A stretch of 62,976 nt of DNA, filler included, from Octopus bimaculoides (Eukaryota), in the NCBI RefSeq assembly GCF_001194135.2. It is 6 parts of 5 records of this genome, joined end to end, with 100 filler letters (N's around TTAATTAATTAA, not from the genome) between each part and the next. Parts side by side here need not be neighbours in the genome. Positions count along the whole stretch, not along the records: positions 1 to 29,986 come from NC_068996.1; positions 30,087 to 45,402 come from NC_069004.1; 4 more parts are not named here. One strand, given 5' to 3'. This document shows, in pieces, positions 24,001-36,531 of the stretch (positions within the stretch are counted from its first letter, which is position 1; each line of letters opens with the position of its first letter). A model generated the notes under the pieces. That model searched no databases and was not told where the DNA came from. It was given only the letters and a program-made list of their open reading frames with translations. The position numbers and the translations under genes were made by a program.

Positions 24001-24185
24001 TCGGGCGAAATCCTTAGCTGTATTTCGCCCGTCGTTATATTCTGAGTTCAAGTTCCGCCGAGGTCGACTTTACTTTTCATCCATACGGGGTCGGTAAAAC
24101 AAGTACCAGTTGAGGTCCGGGATTGCTGTAATCAACTTAGCCCCTCCCCACAAAATTTCGGGCCTTGTTCCTATAGCAGAAAGGA
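24001..24185 (+). mobile_element. SINE family A copy interrupting the R4-like sequence
   Basis: TTCTGAGTTCAAGTTCCGCCGAGGTCGACTTTACTTTTCATCC core, followed by an (ATT)n(CAT)n tail. Confidence 0.85.
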
Positions 24186-24202
24186 TTATTATTATTATTA
24201 TT

Positions 24203-24313
<111 letters not shown>

Positions 24314-24559
24314 ACTTGGCATAATCGAATTCGCCAATACTTGCACTGGAGCATATGTTTTCACTATGATACATCCGGAACCAGTCACTGAGGGGGACTA
24401 TGAGATACATACAGACAGGCAAGGGGAGCCGTTAAATAGCCATCCTATCATCGTGACTTCTTACAGCAGCCCTGAAGACCGAGTGGGAGAGGAGGGAGAG
24501 AGAGGTGGGGGGACGAAGAGGAAGCAGGTAAGCTCGCCGAAATTCCAGCGTGGGGACAA

Positions 24560-25760
24560 AACCATGTATGGAAATCTACCTGGGAATACTTGAGGCAGAT
24601 GGAATCAAACGCAACAACATGAAGGAAAAAACAAAAAGAGAGTACCTGCGGCGAGTGAGAAAAATATTGGCTTCAAAGCTGAATGCAAGAAACATAATTT
24701 CGGCAATAAACTCGCGCGCAGTCGCAGTAGTTCGGTATGGCGCTGGAATCCTGAAGTGAACAGAAGAGCTAAAGGAGATAGCCAGGAAGTCAGGAAAGCT
24801 CCTAACGATGTGTGGACCCCATCATCCACGTGCAGACACTGATCGCCTATATATGAAGAGAGAAAATGGAGGAAGGGGACTGATAAATGAGGAAGACTGT
24901 GCACATCAAATTCAGGAGCTTAATGAGATACCTAGATCAAGGTAAGGAAACCTTTCTACTGACAGTTAGGAACGAGGGAGAATTGAAAGCAGAGAAAAAA
25001 GAAAAATAAAGGAAAAAGTTCAAAAAGGACATGAAGAAGAATTACGCAAGAAGGGTCTACATAATCAATTCCATATAGCCACAACAGAAATTTCTGGAAA
25101 AAATAGCTGGGATTGGCTGATGAAATGAACCCTAAAAAAAGAGAACGAGAGCACTATACTGGCAGCACATGACCAAGCTTTAGCCTCGAACTGGAGAGTC
25201 AACCTTAGGAGTGAGCGAGTATCTCCGCCGTGCTGCATCTGTAATAGAGTGGATGAAACCATTGCCCATATCACGAACGAATGCCCCAGACTTGCCCAAA
25301 ACCAATACAAGTTGCGACGACACCATCAGGTAGCGAAAGTGCTACTGTGGAAACTGTGCGAAAAGTGGGGGTTAGAGAGAGGCAAGACGTGGTATGAGCA
25401 CAAACCACAGAGAGTGGCAGAGTTGGAGACTAGCAAAGTCCTTTGCGATTTTCCAGTCCAAACAGATCAGGTGCAAGAGCATAACAGACTGGAACTGGTG
25501 GTGGTGGACAAGGTGCACCATATATGCTATATAGTTGACGTTGCATGCCCCTGGACCCACGAATAGTCAAGAAAGAAGCCGAAAAGATAGATAAATACAA
25601 CCCTCTTAAGTACGAAACAAACCGGCTATGGAAAATGAAGAAGGTGAAGATAGAGCCAATTATTGTTGAGTCCTTGGAAACAGTATCAGAAGGCATCAAA
25701 GGGAATATAACAGTCAGAATAATGGGGAAAGTATTAGTTGAAAAGAATAAATAGCATAGT
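24560..25760 (+). mobile_element. 3' half of a second R4-clade subfamily (thumb, CCHC, endonuclease), degenerate
   Basis: EYLRRVRKILASKLNARNIISAINSRAVAVVRYGAG, RLYMKRENGGRGL, CCICNRVDETIAHITNEC, RRHHQVAK, ELVVVDK, YIVDVACP. Contains stops and frameshifts. Confidence 0.9.
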
Positions 25761-25805
25761 ACCAATAGGCTGCAGGTAGCAAGCCCGCTCAGTCCTGGCT
25801 AAGAA

Positions 25806-26061
25806 TAAATCATATTATCTCTGGCTGCCCAGTCCTGGCTAAGAAGGAATATATTCACAGACACGACAAAGCTGGGACCTATATACACTGGACGCTATGC
25901 CAACACTATGGAATAACAACAGAAAAAAGATGGTATAAACACACGCCAGAAAAGGTCACAGAAAACGAGAAAGCAACCATACTCTGGGATATGCCAATAC
26001 ACACAGATAGAGAAATTAAGGCAAATAGACCAGATATAGTTGTCAAAGATCATGAAGAAAA
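25806..26061 (+). mobile_element. Near-identical partial copy of the R4-like element at about 22519-22771
   Basis: Matches AATCA.ATTATCTCTGGCTGCCCAG...CATGAAGAAAA with only a few substitutions and ends at an N gap. Confidence 0.9.
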
Positions 26062-26387
26062 NNNNNNNNNNNNNNNNNNNNNNNNNNNNNNNNNNNNNNN
26101 NNNNNNNNNNNNNNNNNNNNNNNNNNNNNNNNNNNNNNNNNNNNNNNNNNNNNNNNNNNNNNNNNNNNNNNNNNNNNNNNNNNNNNNNNNNNNNNNNNNN
26201 NNNNNNNNNNNNNNNNNNNNNNNNNNNNNNNNNNNNNNNNNNNNNNNNNNNNNNNNNNNNNNNNNNNNNNNNNNNNNNNNNNNNNNNNNNNNNNNNNNNN
26301 NNNNNNNNNNNNNNNNNNNNNNNNNNNNNNNNNNNNNNNNNNNNNNNNNNNNNNNNNNNNNNNNNNNNNNNNNNNNNNNNNNNNNNN

Positions 26388-26465
<78 letters not shown>

Positions 26466-26466
26466 G

Positions 26467-26537
<71 letters not shown>

Positions 26538-26569
26538 CACAACAACAACGACGACGACGACGATGATAA

Positions 26570-27100
26570 GGTGCTGATTCTACAAAGAACCAATTCTTTG
26601 TAGAAACAATTGACTACCTCAACTCTGGATGCTCTATGTTAATCACAAATGAATATAACATTAATCGCCATGATAGACTTAGTCAGTATGTGGACAGCTG
26701 ATATGCCGTAAGTCTGGTACTCTCGTGTAAGAAGAACCGGCGGGAAGATGAGCCTTCCAAATAGTAAACAATACAGACATTATTTTGGACTTTAATATTC
26801 AAAATGATCGATTATTCCAGCCAATAAGAGAAGACATTGTGGTAAAAGTATCATAGTGACAAAACCCCGACAGACTGCAACATCTTGGATGAGAATTTAA
26901 ATAAATGCAAACATCTAGGACTAGAGGCCACAAAAATGTGGCATCTAAGAACAACAACTGTACCTGTGATCGTTGGAACTTTAGGGATAATACTAAATGG
27001 TACTTTGATACATTTTGGACAATTACTAGGAAACGCAAAAGTACCAGAAAATTGTTCTCGTGGAAACTACGCACATCCTATGAAAAACACTGTCGATCTG
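26570..27100 (+). mobile_element. Old R4-clade endonuclease/3' fragment
   Basis: RHDRLSQYV ... DENLNKCKHLGLEATKMWHLRTTTVPVIVGTLGII. It follows an (AAT)n tract. Confidence 0.75.
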
Positions 27101-27329
27101 AGATTATCTGAATTTTTTACGCTCTTTCAAAACTGTAAATATTACAGTAAGCTTTTACTGAAATCTTAATTCTTAATGTTTGGTTTCCTTTTCTTGCAAT
27201 ATATCTGTGCTAATAATGAGTAACACTCATAGTAATATGTTCGACTTGTTGTTACTCTGGGTGAGACTTGGAACAGCTCGTATAAAACAAAGCACCAGCA
27301 ATAACGAAAATAGAAATTATAGTAATCGT

Positions 27330-28250
27330 TTCTTAATTGACCACAAAGCCCGAAATGAAAGGTTCAGAAGATATTGATTTAAAGCAGCAAAACACAGAGG
27401 CGTTTACAGACATACAAGAAAAACAATGAAGTGACAATAGGATTTTAAACCGTGAAAATACCCCAGTAGGACGAGGAGGCCTCTGATGGTTACCCATGGA
27501 AGCTGGAAGCCAAGCAAAAAGCAAAGATAACATTACCACTAAAGAAGGTACCCTAACCTTGCTGTCCTCAAATTTATAGCCGCATGCTTTGAGCACTCCC
27601 GTTCACTTAGTTCAGACCCACCTCTCTTATTCACCTCTCAACAAATTTGCTGGAGAGTTTTTCACTTTTTGCTTTTTGTTTTCCCTCTCTTTCTTCAAAA
27701 GTATTCATTTTGACGAGATCTTCAAAACTATTTCCTAACCAGGAGAGTTTTCGCAGTTAGAGAAATCCATGGCAGGAAGAAGAGAAGAGCGTCTGCGCAA
27801 TTTAACGTCTGTGTTTATATTTGTAATCTGGTTGGCTGCTGCGGGTAGGGTATTTTGGGCTTTGGTGATGTTGCCAATGTTGTTTTCTTGGGTTTTGGTG
27901 TTGGTGTCTGCCACTGCCGTTATATATTGCGTTATGCTGTTGTTCATTTTGGAGTCGCTAGAACAACACCAAAATAACAACATCAGCTGTTTTTTATGTT
28001 GTTGCTCTTGGTACAGCTGCTATTGGTGCTGCTACTGTTGATGCTCTTACTGTTTTTATTGTTCATGTTGCTGCTGAGGCGGAGATGTCAGCAGTAGAGG
28101 AGTCTTTCTACTTCCTTGTTTTTTTGTTTTCTTTTGTAATGGGTTTGAGTCTCCATATATATGGCGTCTCAGCCTTCGGTCCTTAAATGCTAAGAGCAGC
28201 TGCAAACCATTTAAGAGGTTGATCAAGTCAGAGACGGCCTCCATACCCCT
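27330..28250 (-). mobile_element. Degenerate ORF1-like LINE fragment (uncertain)
   Basis: Interrupted minus-strand reading SSLLPAMDFSNCENS ... GYKFEDSKVRVP ... with a layout similar to 5630-6550. Confidence 0.3.
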
Positions 28251-28899
28251 TGGTTAGTTTAATATAATAATTCCATTCCAATGCATGATCAAGTTTCCTT
28301 TCCCAGTCTGCAAAATACTAATTTTTCTATGCCGTGTATCGCGACCGCTTCAAACAAGGAGATATCCACTTCTGGTGGTTACCTCAGTTACCTTTATTTT
28401 CACACTCACTGACTGAGGTATGTTGGTATCAGGAGTAAATCGTCACACTTTAATGTGGTTGTCGAATTTTCTTTCGTTTCTTCTTCGGCCTCAACACCTT
28501 CATCAAGTTGCGCAAGTTTTTATGCTCCAGATTGGTTTAAAGCAACTTTCAATCTGGGCTTGCGTCGCTGGCTCAAGTCATCTCGTTTTCATTTCAATAC
28601 ATGTATATGTTATCGTTTTAGGATTCCTCATGAATTTGTTACGGTGAGATGCATTTAAAAAATTTTTTTAGTTTTTTTCCGTTAGAACAATTGTCTCTAG
28701 TTTTCTACCAACATTTGCTAAACCATTTCTACATTGTTTGCAAGCCGCGCTGTTTAATATCTTTATCGTATTAAAGTGTGTGCTGGTGATGGTGGAGATG
28801 GTGATGGTGGTGCTAGTGGTGGTGGTGGTTGTGGTAGTGGTGGTTGTGGTGCTGGTGGTGGTGATGATGATGGTATTTGCTTCAATATTCTCCCATCTT

Positions 28900-29088
28900 A
28901 AAGGCGACGAGCTAGCAGAAACGTTAACACGTCTTTACGTTCCGAGTTCAAATTCCGCCGAGGTCGACTTTGCCTTTCATCCTTTCGGGGTCGATAAAGT
29001 AAGTACCAGTTGCGTACTGGGTCGATCTAATCGACTGCCCCCCTCCCCAAAAATTTCAGTCCTTGTACCTAGAGTAGAAAAGAATATT
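28900..29088 (+). mobile_element. SINE family A
   Basis: Full core and the 3' CCTTGT.CCTAGAGTAGAAAAGAAT end. Confidence 0.9.
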
Positions 29089-29638
29089 CTCCATCTTGCA
29101 TGCTTCTGTTGATGCTGCTGTTAGCATTTCTGCGGTGGTGTTATGCTGGTAGTATTGCTTCCATGCCTTTTTCAGGAGTTGCTTTTGTTGTAATCATCGT
29201 AGTCGTGGTCGTTGTTATTGCTGTCATCGCTGTTGTTATTCATATATTCTCTGTTAAATGTAGCATGTAACGATAGGTAAGGTCTTTCATTATGAATCTT
29301 CCAAAAAACAATCTCCTCCCTCGATTTCAGAAATCGTTTTACCTTTTTCTTTTTTTTTTTTTTTTTTCAAAACCTTATGTATACATTCGCTCATCAAAAT
29401 TTCAGAATTCGCCCCGAAGTGACGAAAATTTTACACAGCCAACAAGCCTCAAAAGATCCTAGTTGACTTTATAGCACAATGGTACAAGAGAAACCAAAAT
29501 TACTTTGTTCAAAGCAACACAACTCGGTAACAACTTACGAAGTCTTTCATTTGCAAACACAATGAAGATAATTATAATGAAACTAATAACAATAACAATA
29601 ACAATAACAACAGCGACAACAACGAAAAGGATAATGAT

Positions 29639-29672
<34 letters not shown>

Positions 29673-29685
29673 GTAATATACCCGT

Positions 29686-29986
29686 AATGCGAGCTCGCAG
29701 AAGCGTTAGCATGCCGGGCGAAATACTTAGCGGTATTTCGTCTGCCGTTACGTTCTGAGTTCAAATTTCGCCAAGGTCGACTTTGCCTTTCATCCTTTCG
29801 GGGTCGACAAAGTAAGTACCAGTTGCGTACTGGTGTCGAATTAATTGACTGGCCCCCTTCCTCAAGAATTTCGGGACTTCTGCCTAGAGTAGAAAAGAAT
29901 TCTTTATACTATAGGCACAAGGCCTGAAATTTGGAGGAGGGAAATAGTCGAGTACATCGACCTCAGTGCTCAACTGGTATTTATTT
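29686..29986 (+). mobile_element. SINE family A followed by a partial inverted copy
   Basis: Core at about 29750-29830. The opposite-orientation 3' end TACTATAGGCACAAGGCC starts at about 29906. Confidence 0.85.
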
Positions 29987-30086
29987 NNNNNNNNNNNNNN
30001 NNNNNNNNNNNNNNNNNNNNNNNNNNNNNNTTAATTAATTAANNNNNNNNNNNNNNNNNNNNNNNNNNNNNNNNNNNNNNNNNNNN
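29987..30086. other. Artificial scaffold-join spacer (44 N + TTAATTAATTAA + 44 N)
   Basis: The palindromic 12-mer has stops in all six frames and sits inside N runs. It recurs at 45447, 53867, 57406 and 61773. Confidence 0.95.
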
Positions 30087-30266
30087 ATATATATAAACAT
30101 ATATATATATGTTGATATCAAACATTGAGAATGATTGTTCAATACCACCTTGGTAGATAAAAATCCTTTATGAGTTAAGGCTACCGTTAGTTTCATGTAA
30201 GAGAGAAATATCTTAACAGTTATCAAAACTATCACTTGGAATATAGGTGTTCGTCTCCATCTTTTA

Positions 30267-30484
30267 TGAGGGGGTGCTGAAAAGTTCCTGGCTTTGTGTA
30301 AAAGAAAATACAGGAGGATCAGTTAATTATGATTTTATCCAACATATTCCCTTCTCAGATTCACACACTTATTGCAGCAATCCTTCAGTTTTTCTAAGCC
30401 CTGAAAAAGAACTTGGAAGGTTGGGCCTCCAACCAGGCCTTTCCCGATACCCTTAAAGCCAGGAACTTTTCAGCGCCCTTTGAG
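30267..30484. mobile_element. mariner-type MITE
   Basis: TIRs TGAGGGGGTGCTGAAAAGTTCCTGGCTTT / AAAGCCAGGAACTTTTCAGCGCCCTTTGA, with TA at the left flank. Confidence 0.85.
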
Positions 30485-30489
30485 ACACA

Positions 30490-30725
30490 GATCAACAGGT
30501 TCTCAATGATATCCCAGACAACATCCTTCATAAGTTTGTTCATTCTGTTCCTGGCTGTTTGAGGAAATTTGTTGATGCCACCGGTGCTTACGTTGAAATA
30601 TCAAGATTTACTTTAATTTTCCCATGTAATAAAGAACATGTATCATTTGTTTCAACAAATTTGTAAAAGGAATATGGATTTTATTACCAATTTTTAATGC
30701 CTACTTATGTTTCATCCACCCTGTA
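30490..30725 (+). mobile_element. Tc1-like transposase C-terminal remnant and right end
   Basis: LNDIPDNILHKFVHSVPGCLRKFVDATGAYVEI resembles the Tc1 C-terminus (W..IP...I..LV.SMP.RL..VI.A.G). The sequence ends CACCCTG-TA. Confidence 0.55.
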
Positions 30726-31110
30726 TGTATATATTCATGACAGGTTCCCACTCAATTTCCATCTACTACATTCACTCCCAATGCATTGGTAGGCCCAGAG
30801 CTATAGTAGAAGGCACTGGTCCAAGCTGCTACACAGTGAGACTGAACCTAAAATGACACGGTTGCAAATCGAGCTTCTTAACCACACAGCCATGTAAAAT
30901 CTTTCTATTTTTTTTCATACCATTTTGCACATTTGGTGTGTTATTTTCCAATCCATCCAAACACCAAGGTGACTCTTCCAATAATGGACCAAACTAGAGA
31001 CTGACTCTTGGTTTGGACTGGTCTATTATCACAGAAAGTGGTTTTCACACCATGTTCTCATTTTACGTGGGTGTCTCCAAGTTAGGCCAACTTTAACAAC
31101 ATGGAGTTGG

Positions 31111-31212
31111 TTAAAACATGTCCACTTGCTCCATGTGAACTGAGGTCTTTGACAGGTTTTCTTCTGGTTCCATCTCTGTATCTGGCATTGGTGGAATATA
31201 TACCAATCTTTC
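31111..31212 (-). CDS. Candidate terminal exon (ERLVYIPPMPDTEMEPEENLSKTSVHMEQVDMF*)
   Basis: Phase-0 start after ATTTTGGTAG, a weak acceptor. It is phase-compatible with 32236-32327. No family recognised. Confidence 0.25.
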   Translation of the reverse strand, partial: ERLVYIPPMPDTEMEPEENLSKTSVHMEQVDMF

Positions 31213-32235
31213 CTACCAAAATTGCTTCTGAGTCTTTCGTTTTTGTATCTAGTTTGCAAAATTCTTGATGTAAAAGACATTTGCCCAAGGTACCACACAT
31301 TGGGACTGAACCCAAACCACATGGTTGCAACATGAGCCAATTTATTTGACGTATATCTATTGAGGCACAGGCATTGCTGACCAAAGCCCTGTGAGTGTAT
31401 TTGATAGATGAAAACTGAAAGAAGCCTTTCGTGTGTGTGTGTTTGTCCTCCTCCTCCTCCTCCCCCTCTTCTTCTTTTTCTTCTTCTTTCTCCTCCTCNN
31501 NNNNNNNNNNNNNNNNNNNNNNNNNNNNNNNNNNNNNNNNNNNNNNNNNNNNNNNNNNNNNNNNNNNNNNNNNNNNNNNNNNNNNNNNNNNNNNTCCTCC
31601 TCCTCCTCTTCCTCCTCCTCCTCCTCCTCCACCACCACCTGACAAATGGTGTTGGTGTGTTTACATCCCTGTAACATTGTGGTCTGGCAAAAGAGACTAA
31701 TAGAATAAAAAATTCAGTCCTGGGGTTGAATCATTCAGCTAAAAATTCTTCATGCCAGTGCCCCAGCATGGCCACAGCCAAATGAGTGAAACAAGTAAAA
31801 AATATAAGATAAAATACGAAGTACTTTTAATTAATTCAAATGAAAATATTAAAATACAAATTTTGTAGATATGCCATTAAAATAAAACTGAATTTTTATT
31901 TTAATATTTTAAAATTTTAACATTTCATAACCTTTAATATGAAAATTAAAATACTTTCTTTTAAAAATAATAATAATAATAATAATAATAATATTAAAAA
32001 GTTCTTTAGGCAGAATGATAAAATAGCTTAATATTGATTTTCAATCTCTTATAACACTGTTCAGCAATTTTTTTCGTCATATCTGTTACAAACTAAAATG
32101 TTCATTTTCAAATTTTGAGTTTTCCTTCATAATTTCATGAATCCTCCGACCCTCCCCGTCACCATACACCCACATATGCACACAAGAGGACAACCACTTC
32201 CTTGCTAATCCTGCCGGTTTCTCATTAATGCTTAC

Positions 32236-32327
32236 TTTAATGTAGAGATGCAATCCACACTGCATACAAGAATCTGTTCCTTCTTCAGCATCGCTAATTT
32301 GTTTGTCTTTGCCAAGCATCCATTCAT
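32236..32327 (-). CDS. Candidate internal exon (D-EWMLGKDKQISDAEEGTDSCMQCGLHLYIK)
   Basis: Acceptor CTGCTGCAG|, strong donor AAA|GTAAGC, 92 bp of complex unique sequence. Two frames are open. Confidence 0.35.
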
Positions 32328-32609
32328 CTGCAGCAGTTTAAAGAGCTGCACTTCGCAAAACTTTGAAATGACAGCCATGTAATTTTGTTTTTTAAAGAAA
32401 GAATCTTTTCTATGCTCTACTTCATGTCTTCATTTAGTTATTTCTGTTCATCTATCCATCTATCTCTGTCTGACTATCTATTAGTCTGTCTGTTTGTCTG
32501 TCCAGCTGTCTGTCTATCTGTCTATGTATCTGTCTGTCTGCCTGTTTATCTGTCTATCTGTCTGTGTTTGCTTATCTATCTATCCATTCCCCTCTCTCTC
32601 ATACATATG

Positions 32610-32648
<39 letters not shown>

Positions 32649-33489
32649 ATGTGTGTGTGTGTGTGAATGTGTGTGTGTATATATANNNNNNNNNNNNNNN
32701 NNNNNNNNNNNNNNNNNNNNNNNNNNNNNNNNNNNNNNNNNNNNNNNNNNNNNNNNNNNNNNNNNNNNNNNNNNNNNNNNNNNNNNNNNNNNNNNNNNNN
32801 NNNNNNNNNNNNNNNNNNNNNNNNNNNNNNNNNNNNNNNNNNNNNNNNNNNNNNNNNNNNNNNNNNNNNNNNNNNNNNNNNNNNNNNNNNNNNNNNNNNN
32901 NNNNNNNNNNNNNNNNNNNNNNNNNNNNNNNNNNNNNNNNNNNNNNNNNNNNNNNNNNNNNNNNNNNNNNNNNNNNNNNNNNNNNNNNNNNNNNNNNNNN
33001 NNNNNNNNNNNNNNNNNNNNNNNNNNNNNNNNNNNNNNNNNNNNNNNNNNNNNNNNNNNNNNNNNNNNNNNNNNNNNNNNNNNNNNNNNNNNNNNNNNNN
33101 NNNNNNNNNNNNNNNNNNNNNNNNNNNNNNNNNNNNNNNNNNNNNNNNNNNNNNNNNNNNNNNNNNNNNNNNNNNNNNNNNNNNNNNNNNNNNNNNNNNN
33201 NNNNNNNNNNNNNNNNNNNNNNNNNNNNNNNNNNNNNNNNNNNNNNNNNNNNNNNNNNNNNNNNNNNNNNNNNNNNNNNNNNNNNNNNNNNNNNNNNNNN
33301 NNNNNNNNNNNNNNNNNNNNNNNNNNNNNNNNNNNNNNNNNNNNNNNNNNNNNNNNNNNNNNNNNNNNNNNNNNNNNNNNNNNNNNNNNNNNNNNNNNNN
33401 NNNNNNNNNNNNNNNNNNNNNNNNNNNNNNNNNNNNNNNNNNNNNNNNNNNNNNNNNNNNNNNNNNNNNNNNNATATATATGTATATAT

Positions 33490-33522
<33 letters not shown>

Positions 33523-33899
33523 ATATATATATATGTGTGTGTATAATATATATATATATATAAAACACATATATATATATAACTGACCATCTGCCTGTCT
33601 ATCCCTCTGTTTGACTATCAATCTGTCAGTCTAGCTAGCTATCTCTCTTGAGAGGGCGAGATAGAGAGAGAGAGGGAGAGAGAGAGAGAGAGACAAAGAC
33701 TGAGGCAAACAGACAGACTGACAGATATATATGACATATAATAAACCTGACTTTGTGCATTGAATAAAATGGGGAAAAAGAGAAAACGCAGACAAGCTGT
33801 GATCCTGAGACTTGAGATTCTAAACTCCTCAACACTCCCTCTGTGTATTTCTAACATGGTTTCAGCTCTTGTTCCCCCACCTCTCTCTCTCGTCTTCGT

Positions 33900-34440
33900 T
33901 TTAATTCTCTCTTTCTTGAATCTTTCTTCTGTTTCAGTTTCTTTCTTTCTTTCCTTCTTCCTTTTTTTCTTTCTTTCTTTCTTCCTTCCTTTCTTTCTGT
34001 CTTTCTTTCTTTCTTTCTGTCTTCCTTTCTTTCTGTCTTTCTTTCTGTCTTTCTTCCTTCCTTTCTTTCTTTCTTTCTGTCTTTCCTTCTTTCTTTCTGT
34101 CTTTGTTTCTTTCTTTCTGTCTTCCTTTCTTTCTGTCTTTCTTTCTGTTTTTCTTCCTTTCTTTCTTTCTGTCTTCCTTCCTTCCTTTCTTTTTTCTTCC
34201 TTTTTCTTTCTTTCTTCCTTCCTTTCTTCCTTCTTTCCTTTCTTTCTTTCTTTCTTCCTTTCTTTCTCATCTCTCAGTCACCTTCTCTCACACGTCTTCA
34301 TTTTCTCTTTATTCTCTCATTCTATTTTCTCCCTCTGTCTGTCTCTCACTCTTTCATTCTTCTCTCTCACTCATTCTTCTCACTCTTTCTCTCTTCTCTC
34401 CTCTCACTGTCTCGCCCTTTCCCGTCGCCCTCTCTCTATG
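33900..34440. repeat. Pyrimidine-rich (CTTT/CTGT)n simple-repeat tract
   Basis: Directly visible. It is the source of the F/L/S-rich and K/R/E-rich spurious ORFs. Confidence 0.95.
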
Positions 34441-35068
34441 ACAGTCTAAATGTACTTTTAAATCATTATTTCACAAGAATTTTGAAGCATCAATAACAAC
34501 GCAAACAGCAAAATATCCGCCTCCTCCTCCCCACCACCACCACTACCACCACCATCATCATTACTATCATCATCATCACCATCATCGTCATCGTCGACGA
34601 CAACTGGCAGTACCACAAACAAACGGAGAAGCTAAGGGGCCATTCAGCATGCTAGAAATAGCAGAGAAATCTCCCTTAATTCCTACCATCTTCGAAAACA
34701 ATGGAAGGAAGATACAGTGGAAAATGTAGTCGCGGATATATATATATATATATGACACGATGGTCGTGGCTGGAATGTCTTTGATCACTTGGCTGCAGCA
34801 GCAACATTAACTACTACTACTACTACTACTACAACAAAAACACGATCCCATTTTCCGTCACATTCACACATCCGCTTCGTTACGATCTTCAGCATGATGA
34901 TAATGATGATGATGATAATAGTGATGATGACGGCGATGACGTCGAAGACGATGATGATGATGATGGTGAAGATGATGATGATGCTGATGATGTTCATCAG
35001 CATCATCAAACAATAGAAACCATAAGGACTACGGCTCCAATAACCGCTATTATCACCATGACTACTAT

Positions 35069-35118
<50 letters not shown>

Positions 35119-35400
35119 GTATCGGTACTGCTGCTGCTGCTGTTACCGCCGCCACCATCACCACCATGGCTGTACGGAAACCGTGACCATCACTACTGTA
35201 AACACCATATTACTGCCCTCCCCCCCACCTCATCACCAACAAGCAGCATCCTTTACCTTTACTGCCGCTACCTGAAGAAACGTTGCTCTTAACTAACCAT
35301 TATAAGCACATCTGATCACAACTACAGTCGCCACCACCACCACCAGCACCACCACTGTCATCATCATCACCAAAATCATCGTCGTCATCATTACATTAAA

Positions 35401-35600
35401 CAAAGTAAAAACAACAAAAAAAGACCACGTTTATATCCTCGTTATAACGAACCGTTGACAACCACCACCATCATCGTCATCATCATCATCATCATCATTA
35501 TAATCGCGACCGTGAGCGTGGTCACCACTGTTGTCATCATTTTCGGTGGAACCACAAGAACACAGAAAGAGATTCCGAAAACACCTTGCGCCTCTCCCAA
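35401..35600 (+). CDS. Candidate exon end: basic stretch, hydrophobic segment, then TPCASP (possible type II membrane protein)
   Basis: The frame is open from 35293 and ends at a perfect donor AA|GTAAGT (35601). The acceptor is not identified and part of the hydrophobic run is an (ATC)n microsatellite. Confidence 0.25.
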
Positions 35601-35882
35601 GTAAGTTTATAGCAAAAACACGCACACACGGACGCACACACACACAAACACACACATACGAACACACACACGGACGCACACACACACACAAACACATACA
35701 CACACGCACACACACACACACACACGCACATGCATGTCCGCTGTGGCACACGGGCGCACAGTCCAAATAATTAATTAAGTGAACAAGTAATTAATAAACT
35801 TACCAATTTGTTCCGGTGGAATTGTTTCGGACATCTTCGTAGAACTCCTTAATACGTTCCTTTTCTTTAATTGGTGACATTG

Positions 35883-35918
<36 letters not shown>

Positions 35919-36129
35919 TGTATATATAAATATATATATGTGTGTTTAATATGTGTTGTGTGAGAGAGATCGAAGCCTTTCTCTGGATGGGCGGAACAAA
36001 CTAAGAAGCTTGGCAGTGAGTGAATGTGTCGTTGGTGATGTGTCTTTGGCTGTGTGCTGTTGTGTAGTTGCTGTGTTGTGTGTTTGTGATGTGGTGTTGT
36101 GTGGTGTTGTCGGAGAGCGGCAATTTGTG

Positions 36130-36391
36130 CGTAATGGAGAGAGAGAGAGACAGAGAGACACAGAGAGAGAGTGAGGAAGAGACGGAGTGAGAGGGGAGAG
36201 AGGGGGAGAAGGAGAGTGTCAAAGAGAAAGAGATCGAGTAAAAGAGAGAAAGAGTGAGGGAGAGAGAGAAAGACAGTCAGACAGATAGGCTGACAGTCAG
36301 TCAGTCAGTCAGACAAAGAGGAGAGCAAGGATCGGAGACAGAAATAGAGAGAGAGACAGACAGAGAGATAGACAGAGAGATAGATAAATAG

Positions 36392-36422
<31 letters not shown>

Positions 36423-36493
36423 GATAGACAGACAGATAGACAGACAGACAGAGAGATAGACAGACAGAGAGATAGACAGACAGAAAGACAGAC

Positions 36494-36531
<38 letters not shown>

